Below are positions 37,219 through 51,142 of a DNA stretch of 64,000 bases, piece after piece. The notes beneath the pieces were generated by a model that had not been told where the DNA came from, searched no databases, and saw only the letters and a program-made list of their open reading frames with translations. The position numbers and the translations under genes are program-made. Every line of letters starts with the position of its first letter. Position 1 is the first letter of the stretch. The DNA is from Hyphochytrium catenoides (Eukaryota > Protista > Hyphochytriomycota): positions 1-64,000 of the forward strand of contig FLMG01004242.1 of the NCBI GenBank assembly GCA_900088475.1, read 5' to 3'.

Positions 37219-38609
37219 ATGCGGGCAGTACTGGTCAAGCAGCATGGTCCTCCCTCCGCACTCGTCATAGAGGAAGTCCCCTCTCCTCCTGTGGGATCCG
37301 GGCAGGTCCTCGTGGACGTCTACTCCTGCGGCATCAACTTCCCGGACACTCTGATAATCCAGGGCAAATACCAGTTCCAGCCTCCTCTTCCTTTCTCCCC
37401 CGGGGGAGAGATAGCAGGAGTTGTCAGAAAAGTAGGAGAAGGAGTATCCGCTGTCTCTCCTGGTGATAGGGTGATCGCACTTCTCGGTTGGGGAGGATTT
37501 GCTGAGCAAGTGGTAGCAGAGGAGGAGAAAGTTATCAAGATTCCCTCTTTTGTGCCCTTCCACGAAGCTGCAGCCTTCCTGATGACTTATGGTAGGTAAC
37601 CGCGGAAGGAGAGAGGAGGTACTAGGACAGGGGAGACAAGGAGAAAAGGACAAAGCAAGGACGTGTTGGAAGCAGTGAATAGAGCAAGATGCTTAACGAC
37701 AGCGAACTCACAGCAGAAAGTTCTGTCTCAACTCTTTCTTATTGCCCCTAGCGCACTCACTTCTCGACCTCATTCTGTCTGGCATCTTAGGCACGTCTCT
37801 TTACGCTCTGAAGGACAGAGGTCATTTGAAGGCTGGAGAGTCAGTGCTAATACTGGGCGCATCTGGTGGAGTGGGGCTCTCCGCCATTCAGCTGTCAAAG
37901 GCTCTGGGAGCAACAGTGATAGCCGCGGCATCTTCGGATGAAAAACTTCAAACCTGCAGGGAGGCTGGTGCGGACTTCGTAATCAATTATGAGAAGGAAG
38001 ATTTGAGGAAGAGTGTGATGAAGGTCACGAAGGTAGGTTCAGAGGCTCTGAAGCTCATCACCTTTCTGCCTTTATCCTAACTGATCTGTTTAGCGTTTGT
38101 AAAGACACAAGAGGTTCTTCGTGTCTGTTGCTTTTGCCATTCTGTCACGATCTCCTCCTATATTTGACGCACGTCTTAAGCTTCTGTCGCTATCAAAAGG
38201 TTCACCGTTCCCCTTGCGTGTACTATAGGGAGCTGGTGTAGATGTTGTCTATGATCCAGTAGGGGACAAGTACGCTGAGCCCTGCGTTCGGTCTATGGCT
38301 TGGGGCGGCCGATACCTTGTGATCGGCTTCGCAGGAGGGAAGATCCCCAAGATCCCTCTAAATCTTCCGCTTCTTAAGGGCTGTGCCCTCGTAGGCGTCT
38401 TCTGGGGTGCTCACACCGCCCGAGAGGGAGATAAACACAGAGAAAATGTCCGCCAGTTGTTCTCCTTGTGGCAGGAGGGAAAAATCAAGCCTTTGGTCTC
38501 CAAGGTCTACTCCTTAGAGCAGGCTCCGCAGGCATTGGAGGATATGATGGGAAGAAGAGTTCGAGGGAAGGCTGTGATAGCTACCAGACCCTCCCCATCA
38601 AAGCTATAG
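37219..38609 (+). CDS. NADPH:quinone oxidoreductase (zeta-crystallin/MDR family) with C-terminal SKL, 3 exons
   Basis: GINFPDTLIIQGKYQFQPPLPFSPGGEIAG, AAAFLMTYGTS, LILGASGGVGLSAIQL, VDVVYDPVG, MAWGGRYLVIGFAGGKIP...LPLLKG..GVFWG; the protein ends PSKL*. Confidence 0.95.
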
Positions 38610-38916
38610 ATAGACAGCATCCGTACAAGAGTTCTCATCGAAGGCTAGTCTTAGGTCTACCTCTTCTCTTGCTCCCGTGGTAGTCCTCACAATGAAAGAG
38701 CTATTGATGTGTCTTTTTTGCTCAAATCTTGGACTGGACTTAGTCACTCGCTCTGTTCGATATGGATTTGAGTTGCGTGGTCAAGTTTTAATAGTAGGAT
38801 AGGAGACAAAGCCAGAGGACATGTAGCCCTCCGACGCACTAATATACAGGGCTCATAAGAGTCGCAGAGCAAGCGCCACAATGATCCCGCTCTTCACCTT
38901 CTTCACCCGTATATGT

Positions 38917-41900
38917 TCACTGGAGAACCTGGAAGGCGTCGAGATTGACCTCTTTGTTTTGCGACTGATCAGTAGACGCAAGAGCCTGGGGAGGAGGTAA
39001 AATGTCCTTGGAGCCTATCGGAGTGCTCTTCATGCTCACTGATGTAGCCGGACTAAGTATAGTTCCAGCGGCAGGCATTATACTAGCGCCCAACTGTTGC
39101 GGCGAGTGAGTGGATGTTGGGGGGAGGGTTGTCGAAGTACTCTTGGCCTGATAACCCATGGCGCCATACCCAAGCGGACCCCACACGGGGCTCTGCCTGA
39201 CTGGCAAAGGGCCGCTATGAAAGCTGGATGAACAAACAGAGCGAAGATGCAGAGTAGGCGAACACCGTATTGCAGAGGGCGTTAGTACTTGAGGTACTAC
39301 CGTTGCTCATCACCAGAATGCAATAATCGTTCACATGCGATAATCTATCCGAGGCTCATGAAAGATAAGCCTCACCTGCTCTGTTGCTTCTGAGACGTGA
39401 AGGAAGTCCCCATAGCCCAGCTATCCTGCAGAAGCGTCAGGTTAAGTGCCACAAATTGCGATTCATGTGAATGGGAGTAGCCAATATATCCCGAGAGCAC
39501 CACCAGCAAGATCAGTAAAATCAAATCGGACGGCGACGGACATACACAAGGGATGAGGTAGGAGGATAAGAGACCACGGCTAATGGAACTCTGAAAAGAG
39601 CTGTTGTGAAACTTAGGGCTAAGAATGATGGGTATCTGCAGACCAGCAGGAGCGTATCCAAAGTATTCGGAAAGTAAGCAGAAGTTGAGAGGTTTACCTT
39701 AGCTCCTATAGTACCTTGATCAGGAAGGGGATGGATCTGTGGTGCAGGGCTTACTGATAGAGGAACAGGGGGAGGAGAGGCTGACACTTCTAGCTGCTGT
39801 AACGGTGCCTGCGGCATAGAGAAGCTCACTCCTGACAAGTCAGCAGTGATAGCCGCGACCTGAGGAAGCACGAGACATAGTAACGACGAGTCAGATACTA
39901 TGATGGTATTCTCTTAGCTCTATCGTCTCCTTACCGGTTCTGAAGCAGTCTGGGGTGCCCCTCTACCTGCTTGGCTGACTTGCCTCTGAACAAACATTGA
40001 ACACAGAGCGAGAGCGATAGATCAAGAACGTCCAGAGAGACTGATATTAGTACGTCCGACTAAGAAGTCGCAAGCTGTGGCGGTACCTCAGTGGTAACAA
40101 TGAAGGGAAGAGACTGAAAGATTTGGGATTGGTAGTGACAATGAAGGATAACGAAGTACACACTTCATAAGAGAGCTGCGAGCAACAGCGAGTCATTAGA
40201 AGAGACAAGATACCGAAAGCGGGAGAGAGACACAGAAACTCACAGAGAGGAAGAGAAAATAAGAATGCTTGCAGATTTAGAATCTAACCTACCTGGACGA
40301 TAGGGTCAAACGCTACCGCCGATTGCTCTGTCGTAACCTCGGATCCAAACCCTAAGAGGTCCACTGGAGCATTGGACGATGATGGTTGTGCTTGATTCAG
40401 AGGAGGTTTGGAGTCTGAGACTGTTCTTCTGTGACCATTTTCCGTCCCGCTATCCGGTCTTTTTCTCTGCTGTCTCACGGAGACTGACTTTTTTAGCTCG
40501 TTCGTGGTGAGGTTGACGCCAGAGGGAGGACAGTAGGAGGAGCTGGCAGCTGTAGAGTACGCAGGTAGAGACGAGGAAGTCGCAGGCGGGGCCGAAGGTG
40601 CCGGGTTCGGTTGATAGCCATCGGGCCCCCAACGGCCCTGTGAAGCAGGTCCCTTTCTTGCTCCAGACTGTCCTTGGTTGCCGTGGGGGTTGTACGAAGT
40701 GTCTAGCACGACGCGGAGTGATGAACATGGACATTTAGTGATGGAACAGACAGGGGTTCTTCGGAAGATTTAGGCTCAACTCAAACCATGGAGAGGAAGG
40801 GACCAAGATAAGAGAGATGCCGTGAGGCCAACAACAGAACTGAAGGTATGATACTGCACTCACCGACAGAGTTCCGAATGGTACCCATTCCTGGGGAATA
40901 CATATAGCCGCCACTAGGAGTACCTCGCCCAAGGTCCAGCCGCCGGAAAGGGATTCGATCAATGAAAAGATCTGTGACAATCACCCACTTTTGAGAACAT
41001 AGAAGAGCTACATAGAGTAGATCTGCCGACACTCCCAGGCGTAAGATAGAGTTAAATTAGGAAGAGTGATATTAAGAAGAGTGATATACGCCGCTTGAGA
41101 AAGGATAAGAAGAGAAGTACCGAGGGCATATTATAACCCAGGCGCCGCAAGAAATTCACATAGCAGTAGACAAAGCATTCCGCAGAGAGGCTGCGCTAAA
41201 AAGGAAAGGCGTAGTGATCATCTGGAAGTTATTGCGAGGCGAAGAGTGAGAGGGAAAGGTCTGACTGACCGTATTTCGGTTCCTGCTTGTTCCTGACCTC
41301 GTTAATCACCACCTCCAGCAAATGCTGGCTGTCCATCAGGTCTAGCATAAACGACCATCGGCCCAATTTGTGCTGAGAAAGGGAAAAGCCCAGTCAGTAG
41401 CATAGGATGCCTATGCCCAGGGACAGTCTGCCTCCCTCGCCGCTCGTCAATTTCTCTCACGGTTCGCTCACGTCTCTCTCCCTCACTGGTTTGTTCTGAC
41501 CTCTACGCCTTCGTTCTCTCGTTCTCGTACACCATCTGTTTTGCTGTTCTTCTTTCCTGTCTGCCATATTGTTGTCTACTCTGCCTCACCCACTTATACC
41601 CTACCTTGCCCTCTGTATGTTCTCTTCGACCATCAAGCTCCACCACCTGTCCATGTGGAGGTTAGCAGCCGTATTCAAGTTCTTTTAAGCCGATAGAAGA
41701 AGAGACCGATATAGAGGCCATCAAAGCCCGGACGAGTGACGAAGAAGAGAAAGCCGTACCTTCTTGGCGGTTATAAGGGAGTGAATAAGAACGAGTTTGT
41801 GCTTGCGCTCTGAGTCGCCAAAGGCAAACTTCCAAACGCATTCCATCTTAGACGCAACCACTCTCTCTCCTATCTGGTGCTCTTCATAGGAGATTCTCTT

Positions 41901-41939
41901 TGCAATGCCCTTTTCAAGCGGGTCAGGCTGGCGAGACAT
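38917..41939 (-). CDS. Protein with an N-terminal FAIM-like beta domain and a disordered P/S-rich tail, multi-exon
   Basis: Spliced N-terminus CVWKFAFGDSERKHKLVLIHSLITAKK|VVELDGRREHTEGK|HKLGRWSFML...HLLEVVI...KYDLFIDRIPF matches the W..H.V...H...GK..I.VDG...Y.L.IDG pattern of FAIM-type domains. Downstream exons are low-complexity. Confidence 0.6.
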
Positions 41940-42589
41940 AGATTGTTAGAGCGCGGGGAAAGGCTGGGTCCAGAGCGTGGAGTGTGAATGTGAGGCCGAC
42001 AGAGCACACCTCTAGCATGACCGGTTAGGAAGAGAGACCACTTAAGGGAGGTACATGGAATAGAGAGAGCAAGGGGGATATGCAGGCAGCTCTCGATGTT
42101 CTCTTACATTGAAGTCTCTTATTGAGCGCATCATCTTTCCTTCCAGGTTCAACGGCGCGACCTAAACGGCCCGCTTGCCTACTGTTCTCTACTCTATCTG
42201 GAAAAAGGGTTGCTTCTGGAGTCCTCTTCCTACGATTGCAGATTCTCTCTCTCTCTTTCTCTCTGTCTGCGGGCGGTCTCTGAAAGAGCTTGGGCTTGTA
42301 CGCAATCCTCGTCTTTATAACTGCTGAGCTTGATGGAGGCTGTCCCTGGTCAAAGTAGATCTGGCTGAGCGCTGACTCTGGCGGCTCAAGCGACATGACA
42401 ACGGCAGATGAGGAAGTTTCTTTCCACGAAGCGACAATGAGAGAGAGAGGATGAGATGAAGAACAGAAACTGTAATTGACCAGAAGACAGAGTGCCAAGC
42501 AAGGAAGGGGGAAATCAACCAGAGATGCGAGGACGAAAAAGACTGAAGAGTTAGAGTGAGCAGTTAAGAGAAAGAGTGAGGCAGAGAGA

Positions 42590-42870
42590 GGGAGAAATGA
42601 GGGAGAACCGAGAGAAAGCGGGGGGAGAGAGAGAGAGAGTGAAAGAGAAGAGAGAGAAATAGGGAGAGAGAGAGAAAGAGAGAGGTAAGAAACTGAGACA
42701 ATCGAGAGAAAGAGGAGAGACAGTGTGAGAGAGAAGAAGGGGAGAGAAGATGGAGAAAGAGAGAGACAGAAAGAGAGACAAGGAGAGAGACAGAGAGAGA
42801 GAGAGACCAAGAGAGAGAAAGAGAGAGACCGAGAGAGAGAGGGGAAAGAGATAGACAGAGAGAGAGAGAG
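42590..42870. repeat. AG-rich microsatellite (CT-rich on the minus strand)
   Basis: Directly visible. It produces the spurious SLSL-type ORF 42025-42933. Confidence 0.9.
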
Positions 42871-43595
42871 TAGAAGATTTACCTTTGCCTGTCCATTTAT
42901 ACCAGAAGCTACCTGTTTATGTCGGTGAGACACAACCCCTTACTTGCACCCTTGTTCGATAGTAATAGCCATGAGCTTGAGACTATAAGAATCCACACCT
43001 CAGAGGTAGTAGTAATACGCGAACTGGTCTTGATGTTTCCACCTCTTGTAACGCCCCGTTTCTCATGCTTCTCCTTCAGAATCCCTACCGTTAACGGCTA
43101 CGCTTCAGAAGTTTGACTTTACACGACAATTTAAGGATAGATTGTACGGGCAATGGCCTGTTTATTGGAGCTTCACAGCTAGCTAACAAAGTCTTAGATC
43201 TAATCTCGAGGCTAAAGGTAAGACAAAATACAAAAGGGGCGATATGAGGATACCCTTTTGTCAGGATCGCCGTCTACAGAAGTGCAGAGGCACTTTCCAC
43301 TGACTCGATCCGCGCAACCTCATCAGTGACATTTCCTGTTTCATCGCATGATGCCAATGACTAATGCATTATTACATTGCCTAGGTGTCTATGAAGTGTG
43401 AAGCAGCAGCTATACTTCCCTAAAGTGCGGGGCGTGGCTGGTCAGATGGCGTTGCCTGGAAAGATTTGGCGGAAGAAGATGCATAGAGCTATAAGGTGAG
43501 AAAGTGACACGATATGGATGTGAGACACCATACTGGCCGGGATGCTTTATATACTTAGACTTTTGTTATATTTTGAAGGCATGAAGGCCAATAGC

Positions 43596-45730
43596 TTAGT
43601 TGTTGAACTTGAAGAAGATAATGTCGCCGTCTTTGACCTGACACAACAGAAGAAGCAGGCATTAGCATGGTCCTACTACATTAGCAGCAACAACAAACTG
43701 TTGCTTACCTCATACTTCTTCCCTTCCATACGTAGCTTTCCGGCCTTTTTCACCGCTTCCTCGCTACCAACTGAAGTAGGGCGCAATTAGCCGAGAGTTC
43801 GACGTTATGTATGGAACGTATAAGGCCAAAAAACAGAGCAGGATGGTCATAAGCAACGGGAAGAGAGGTCAAAGTAGAGACAGCCACTTACGCTCTTTAA
43901 GGTCTTCATAGGACTGCACCTCGGCCATAATAAATCCCTTCTCGAAATCCGTGTGAATGACGCCAGCGGCTTGGGGTGCCAGCCTACCCTTTCTAATAGT
44001 CCAAGCCCTGACCTCCTGTTTGCCGACAGTAAAGTAATGGATAAGACCCAGACACTGGTATCCGGCTTTCAGCACCCGAGGCATGGTTGAACGAGACTCT
44101 GGGTTATCTTTCTTGAACTGCTCCAGCTGTCCTGAGGCTTCCAGATCCATCCACTATACAAGGGACAATACCACCGGTGACGCAGAGCAAGTGCAGATGT
44201 GTGAGTCGATGTGTGAGTCGTAGTGAGAGCTACCCTGCTGGCAATTTGACTATCAAATCATAGCGTGCTCACCTCTAACTCAAACTCGCAACTAATTGGA
44301 AGGATCGGCTCATCCATGCCGCGGGCCTTCACAGCCTCGGCAATTTTGGGAAGCCACTTGTTCTTCTTACGCAAATAATCTATGCGTCGCCACCCCATCG
44401 CCGCATGGGAACGAGAGATAACAAGGATGTTAAGACCAACAATATGTTCGAGAAAGTTTGGACTGGACCCCAAACACTTCTTAAAGGAAAGAAGCGCCAA
44501 AGCAAGCACGGAGAAGATGGCCAACGAAGCAGGGACACAGGGAGCTAGTTACCTTTTTTGCTTAGATTGACAAGGTATACCATGGGCTTGGCAGTAAGAA
44601 GCTGATAAGTATTAAGTACGTCCACCTGCATAAAGCAAGGATAACAGCATATTGAGCAAGCCTAAAGATACTAAATTTCCCTTTCTATAGGCGCCTGGCG
44701 CGAGCTTACCTCATACGCTGTCCAGTCCCCTGTCCTGACATCCTTGCCGTCATCCTTAATGTGCTTGAGAACCTTGCATAGAGCTTCAAACTCCTGCTTC
44801 TTCTCCTTCCCACCTACACCTCTCTCAACATTCTTTCTCATGCCATCGACGGTGTTCTGGATGAGCTCGATGTCCTAAGGAGGGCGTGTAACACAAAGAG
44901 AGGGAATAGAGAAACAAGCCAATACAAGTAAGGGGGAGTCATTCGTTCATACTTGAGCATGCTGCTCTACATAAGCTCTTGAGCTCCAGTTACCTTCAAT
45001 AATAGCTCTTGATGGATGATCTCGATATCACGAATGGGGTCAACGCCTCCTATGGGACAATAAGCTGTGTCAGCACTAACACTTGGCAGAATATGAGCCT
45101 GATGAAGCTTGCCTTCTACGTGAGTGATGTCGTCACTGTCGAAGGCGCGGAGCATATGGTAGATACCATCCACTGCGCGAATATCTGCCAGAAACGCGTT
45201 ACCTAGACCAGCGCCCTCGCTGGCGCCTTTCACAAGTCCTGCAATATCAGTCGTCGTGATGACTGGAGGAACCCTATTACAGGAAAGAGTTGCTTTATCG
45301 TTAACATGCTGATAGCCGATATTCCATGCAGCGTTGGACAAACCTGCTCAACGGCTGGTACTTCTCACAGAGCCAGTTGAAGCGCTGGTCCTGTACGTGT
45401 AATCAAAGGTCAATACCGCATCTCACATCGCTTAAACACCTTACGTTGCATGATCACCTACCGGTACGGGAACTTGTGCCACATGAGGATCAATTGTGCA
45501 GAAAGGGAAGTTCTCAGCGGGTATGTTCAGCTTGGTCAAAATGTTAAAGAAGGTGCTCTTTCCAACGTTAGGCAATCCTACAATTCCCATCTTCACGTTG
45601 TTGCCGGGTCGGCCGAGGTAGGCCCTCTTGACGGGTGCATCCTGCAAGAAGTTTCAGCACGCGTCTTATCTCCTTTGTTTGGTTTCAACACCGGTAAAGA
45701 GGATGGACCAACCTTCTTCTTAGGCGGCAT
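43596..45730 (-). CDS. OLA1: Obg-like ATPase 1 (OLA1/YchF), multi-exon
   Basis: MPPKKK|[33 protein letters not shown]...[92 protein letters not shown]. Confidence 0.97.
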
Positions 45731-46683
45731 TGCTGATTACGGGGAGTCCTCTGTGTTCACAACCCGAAGCTAGATCTGTGTCAAGCTATTGTTGCAGGCA
45801 AGCTCAAAAGTATCGTGGGCAGAAGCTCTGCCAGCAGCAATGAATCCTCGACTATGAGCAACGTGAACAACGAAGCTGATGCCCGAAGCCGTCGACCATA
45901 CAATTGCCGCAATGATGAATCTTCATTTCCTACATGTACGACTGTAGTGCCATCATCACTCCTCCTCAATTCTAGCCATTCCAAACATAACAGGCACTAT
46001 TCTCGAGCCGACCAGGTGTAGAGAATATGATCAGAGATTTTAGAGTGTGGTCAAGAGCACGAACAATCAAGTCCAGCCTAATTATACTTAGTTCTATACA
46101 AGTACTTGACCAACCTCAACTGCTCTTTCGTATATTACGGTTTCATAATAGCCGGTGACGTATCCAATACTACTTATCCTCTTTTTGGCGTCTCGCCTAA
46201 ACATGTAAGCTCCCTATAAACCTGATATCTGCACAGACTCCAAAATCAAAATCCCATCGCAGTATAGCGGAGGCGACAAGTCCACCCTTTTCACATGAAA
46301 GCTTCACTGTTCAGAAAGCTTCGAAGGCAAGAGCCTAGGCTTGTATTGAGGAGAAAGGAGCTGAGAAGAACCCCGTATTTTATAGTTATCTGGAGAGCCT
46401 TTCGTTGTTGTTGTATGACGCTGTGTTTGAAATTGTAATCTTGCAGTTCGAGCATGCAAAATTAACTTTTAGCTTCCTGCGGCTGCGGGCTTGGGTTTGG
46501 TTGGAACCTCTTACAGTTGAGAGATTGCAGACAAACTACGTGGCATCATCTACCATTGTATTTACCTTGAGATCTGCAGATTGATAGCCAGTTCAAGAGC
46601 TTTGTCATCGCCAGACTTTCCGTTTCAACCATAGACGCTGGATTTCAGGACCTATCTACGACTTACGTTCTGGGAAACATACA

Positions 46684-47004
46684 ATGGTAAGGAAGTGACG
46701 GTGAGCCTTATCGGTTGAAGGGTTAAAGGACTGACGAACAAGTGCAGGCAAAAGGCGCATCATCTAGTCAGGCAGGACAGGCAGGTCGGGGAGCTGCTGC
46801 TGCACCCACTTCAGGACCTGCCGCAGCAGCTGCCGCTGGTANNNNNNNNNNNNNNNNNNNNNNNNNNNNNNNNNNNNNNNNCTAAAATTCTATACGGATG
46901 ATGCTCCTGGGCTAAAGATTGGGCCTAACACGGTCCTTGTCACAAGCTTGGTGTTCATCGCCTTTGTCGTGCTTCTACACGTTCTTGGCAAACTCCAGAA
47001 GTAA
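46684..47004 (+). CDS. SEC61B: Protein transport protein Sec61 subunit beta; first coding exon is ATG only; 40-N gap at 46842-46881
   Basis: ATG|gtaagg...cag|[10 protein letters not shown]... then [40 protein letters not shown], the Sec61beta signature. Not listed in the ORF track. Confidence 0.93.
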
Positions 47005-48313
47005 CCAGCGGATCAGCACAGGTGATTGAGAATTCAATGGCTGGGGAAGTACCATTGCCTACTAACTCGCTCCTTGTGGTGCTCAGGACTTACTTGTTAG
47101 ACGTCCACACTTAGACCCTCCCGTCCGCTTTTCAAGGCGAAGTTCAGATGCACATCACATTGCCACATGCTAAGGTTATCTGGCAGGGTAGCTAGAGACC
47201 GTGGCCCATCACTCAGTATTCTTGCCACAAAGCATTTTCATAACACGAGTTCGTGAGCTACCCCAGATGTACTGAGAAAGATGATAATGAATTGACCATT
47301 GGGGGGAACTCGCTAACGACGCATTTCTAGAGTGACCATAGAACAATACCCCTCCCATGCTGTCTTTGGACGTGTTGATTCTCACGTCGAAGTGCTCATC
47401 TAAGCTTGGCCAGCTTCTGGTGTCCTTATTATATGTCAAGATAGCAAGTACGGGCTCCATTCTCCTTCCTGGTGGTCGTCGGTCGGTCTAGCGCCAAGCA
47501 CGGTCTAGATCTGTCCCTTAAAGGAGAAAAGGAGTAGCCCTGGTGGCTGGTACGCACATTAGACAAATTTCTCCAGCTGAGATGTCTCTAAGCTTGCTTT
47601 ACCTGAGTTGAGGGCTTAAGTTTAAGATGTTGAGATCACACAGGGACTAGGTTGTCAAGCAATTTTCTCATCAACAGCGCCTCCGACTGAGGACATAGCC
47701 GCCACCTCTAATATGTGTCCAAGATCTCCGACCAGAGGACGAAGGTGACATCCCTTCGTCAAGGCCGTCAAAAGTGAACATTTGTCAGCGCTATCATGGC
47801 TTCACAGAGCTCTTGCTCATGTCTCTTGGCGACCTAGGAGAATACATAGGTCCACACAGCCAGATCGCGCCAACTATAGCGCCCCATGACCGCTAACGGT
47901 TAGATTAATCTTTGAGTGAATGAGAAAAGCTTTTTGTCTCAAGTGAAGGAGCAGCGTCTGTGTGAAGGACTCTGTGGAAAGCCCTCACTACATTTCTTTC
48001 TCAACGAGAAACGCCAAACAGCTAGTGTCTTTGAAGGCCACTAGTAAGTACTAGAAGACTCTCACGGGGCCAGATAGCTTTGCTTTTAAGTCTAGTTCCC
48101 CTCCCCGCTATGGTCCGATGGTGCCATGTGTCATGAGAGACCACCCCTGAAGGTGCTGTTAACCTGCTTTCTTCATGTGGTTCCGCTGTTAAGGTCCGCC
48201 TTTGGGGCCAAGGAGCAGTTCTGCTAACTGACCAGTGGCACCCAGGTGGTCTCCCCCACAACAGCTTGCGGCTCACTCGTTTGGTCTGGAGCCGGGAGAG
48301 GCGAACCAAGAAG

Positions 48314-51015
48314 ATGCAGAAAAGAAGCCAATTTGTGACTACGTTTCACGTCAAGCACCAACGACCAGTCCACTCAGAACAGGAAGAAGGGGACGAAAGC
48401 AGAGAGCGCAAGAAGCTAAAGACAACCTCTACAGCCGAAAAGTTCTCCGCGCACTTTATAGAGACGTCTACTCCGGCTCACATTCGTCGATATGCCTCCC
48501 ATTGGAGAGCCTGCACAGTTTGGAATGCTGAGGAGCTTTCGAGCCTGGCAGTTTTCAGCCATTACAGATTCCATCGTAAGCCTTAGAGCACTGTGTTTGC
48601 CTGGCATTGTGAGTTATGGACCCTTCGCTTCTGCCTGAGCGACAGGTCCAAAAACAAGTTTCTATGGCCCGTGGCTGCCCTTCTGCACTGGTCCCCACTC
48701 GTGTCATTTCTGTGATGCCTGCTGTGGGCGCGTAACCGACTTAGCTACCCTTGTACTCTCGGACATATACTCTTGGATCTTCATCGCTGACCTCAACTAT
48801 CGCGTCCACCTCATCTTTATTTTTCCGTATCTGTCCATGGCTGTTCTTAGTCCATCTCACGCCGTCCTCTTTCTCTTTCCCTTTCTATATAAAGCTATTG
48901 ATTGTCTCCCTCTTTCTTTTCTTGATTCCTCTTGCTCTGTTTGTCTGTCGTTGACTGCCCTTCTCAACCTCTTCGTAGGAGTAGAAGTTAGCAGTAAGTC
49001 CAAGCATGAGAAAGTTTTCTTTGGGGATATTTTGAAGAAGTCTGTTGTGCGGTTCGGCTTCGGACATTTTCTAAGTATCTTCGATGCTCAGAATAAAGGG
49101 CAACTCCACTGGGCCTCGGACCTAGATTTAGACTTTTACCTCTGCCAGTGCTCGCTCTTCTCTGCTGAAGAGGAAGGAGGGCAAAGGGCTGCCTATTTGC
49201 CAAATTTGATGGCAGATATTGAAATGTCAGTTTGCTGCTTTAGGTGCTCAGCTCAGCTTTTCTTGCAATTGCACTGATTCCTTATTCCCAAGAATTTCAT
49301 GAGCGTCGAGAAGCGTGCAGTTCTTGACGACTTCTAGAGCTAATAGACCCTTCGCCTTTCTGGCCCTATGATGTATGTTGCTTCTAGAAAAGGAATAGCC
49401 CTTCTGCCTGCATTGATCTCTCTTTTTTGGACGTTGACGTGAATGTGTTTTACTCTATCAACTTTTTCCTTAACTAGGATATCTCTTGCCTTTCTTTAAT
49501 TTATCAGTCCCAAGGAACTTCTTGGAGACCGCAAGCTTCTTCAGGTTAATCTCTGGATGAATCCAGCCCCAAGCAGGTCTAACCTTCACTATGACGCTTA
49601 CAACAACCTCCTCACTGTGCTCCGGGGTAAAAAGACGGTGCGGCTGCATCCGCCATCGGAGACGGCTAACCTCTACGCCTTCCCTGTGTACTCGAAATCT
49701 TGCAACCATAGCGGCGTAGATGCATGGGGCACCGAGGAGGAAAGGCTTGCCCATTGCCCTCGTTTTACCCCATCTAGGTCTTTAGTCTGTGAGGTGTTAC
49801 CTGGCGGTCAGTCGTTTCTCTCAATTAACAGTAGCATGTTAGCCCCAGGACATTACCAGACAGCCCCTACGCCTGACAATATCGTCTTCTCTTTTCGTTA
49901 TCACATTTCTCTCTATTTCGTGTCCCTCGGACGTCCTTTCCTCTCTCTCTGTCTTTCTCCCTCACTTTTTGTGCTTCTCTGCGTTCCGACTAATAGCTCT
50001 GTAACTGCTTTCCATGAGTCTCAGCCTTTTCTGCCAGCTTACAGCTCTAACCCTTGCCATCACAGATATTCTTTTTATTCCGGAAGGTTGGTGGCATCAG
50101 GTAACAACGATCACCTACAGCAGCTGATCTTCCACTCCATTTTGTCCCTCTTCAGCACTAAGAGTCCTCTAGGTGGATTCTGATGAGTGCACGATAGCGG
50201 TCAACTTCTGGTTTGAAGGCTTGCGTCATAAGGTCGCCGCGCCAAAGATTTCTCCATATATTCTAAGAGCGGTCATGGAAAGTACTATCAACAAGAAGAA
50301 GCAAGAGGAGATCCAAGGGGCAACGGCGAACGCGAAGGCTAAATGTTCGTAGCATCACGGTTCTGTGCCCTTCTTCTGAGAGTGCCTAACGCTCAACTCT
50401 GTCTCGATCTCGCGATGCCGCGATCCGTACCTGTCACTCTTCCTGGGAACGCAGTTGCAGCCATGGGGAGGTTGTCAAGGTGTGTCTCGGTTCATCGCTA
50501 TTGAGTAACTATTCTGTATCAGCTTTTGTCATGGACCAAGTGATTGGTAAATCCTATATTAGCTTCTTATCTTGCCTTCTCGACACTTCTTTTTAGAGGC
50601 TGAGCCTGATTACATGCGGTGTATCCGTAGAGAGGACGTCCTCGAGCATATGGATAAAATTCTTACACCGAAGCAATGGCCAGAGATCCTTCTTGCTCTT
50701 CCCTTCAGAGAGCACGTGGCTGTCCTCTTAAGACTAGCTTCGAGCTGTCCTGACAGGCTAAGAGAAATGTTTGCTGATTGGACTCCTCTCTTTGCTGAGG
50801 CACTCTCCGAGATGTGGGAACAAAACGAGAGCTCCAGTTCCCTCCAGGACGAAATGACAGTGACGAACCCCTCAGGGAAAGACTTCCTTGAACGGATTTT
50901 CGGCATCTACAGCGAAGAGGAGCAGAGTGGGATACACCGCGCAGTGGTACAGAAACGAGAGGCATTCATGAAGGAAATAGCTCAAAAGGTCCTGAAAGAA
51001 GTGCTCGGACTTTGA
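48314..51015 (+). CDS. JmjC/cupin-8 family 2-oxoglutarate Fe(II) oxygenase, multi-exon
   Basis: TPAHIRRYASHWRACTVW, FYLCQCSL, VNLWMN...SNLHYDAYNNLLTVLRGKKTVRLHPP (HxD), PGDILFIPEGWWHQVDS...IAVNFWF (distal His), plus a helical C-terminal extension. Confidence 0.9.
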
Positions 51016-51142
51016 TTGGGACTAGACAAGGTTATTGCCCCTGATGCATCCCAAGATTGCTGGACACTTCGTCCCTCGGCTAGAGCTCTGGGGCTGAACA
51101 GAAGGGTGACGGAAGAGAAAGAGAAGAGACTCGAGGAGGAAA

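Noticed and set aside
47209-47460. 83-aa minus-strand ORF MEPVLAILTYNKD...
   Set aside because: No recognisable motif, and no consistent exon chain could be built.
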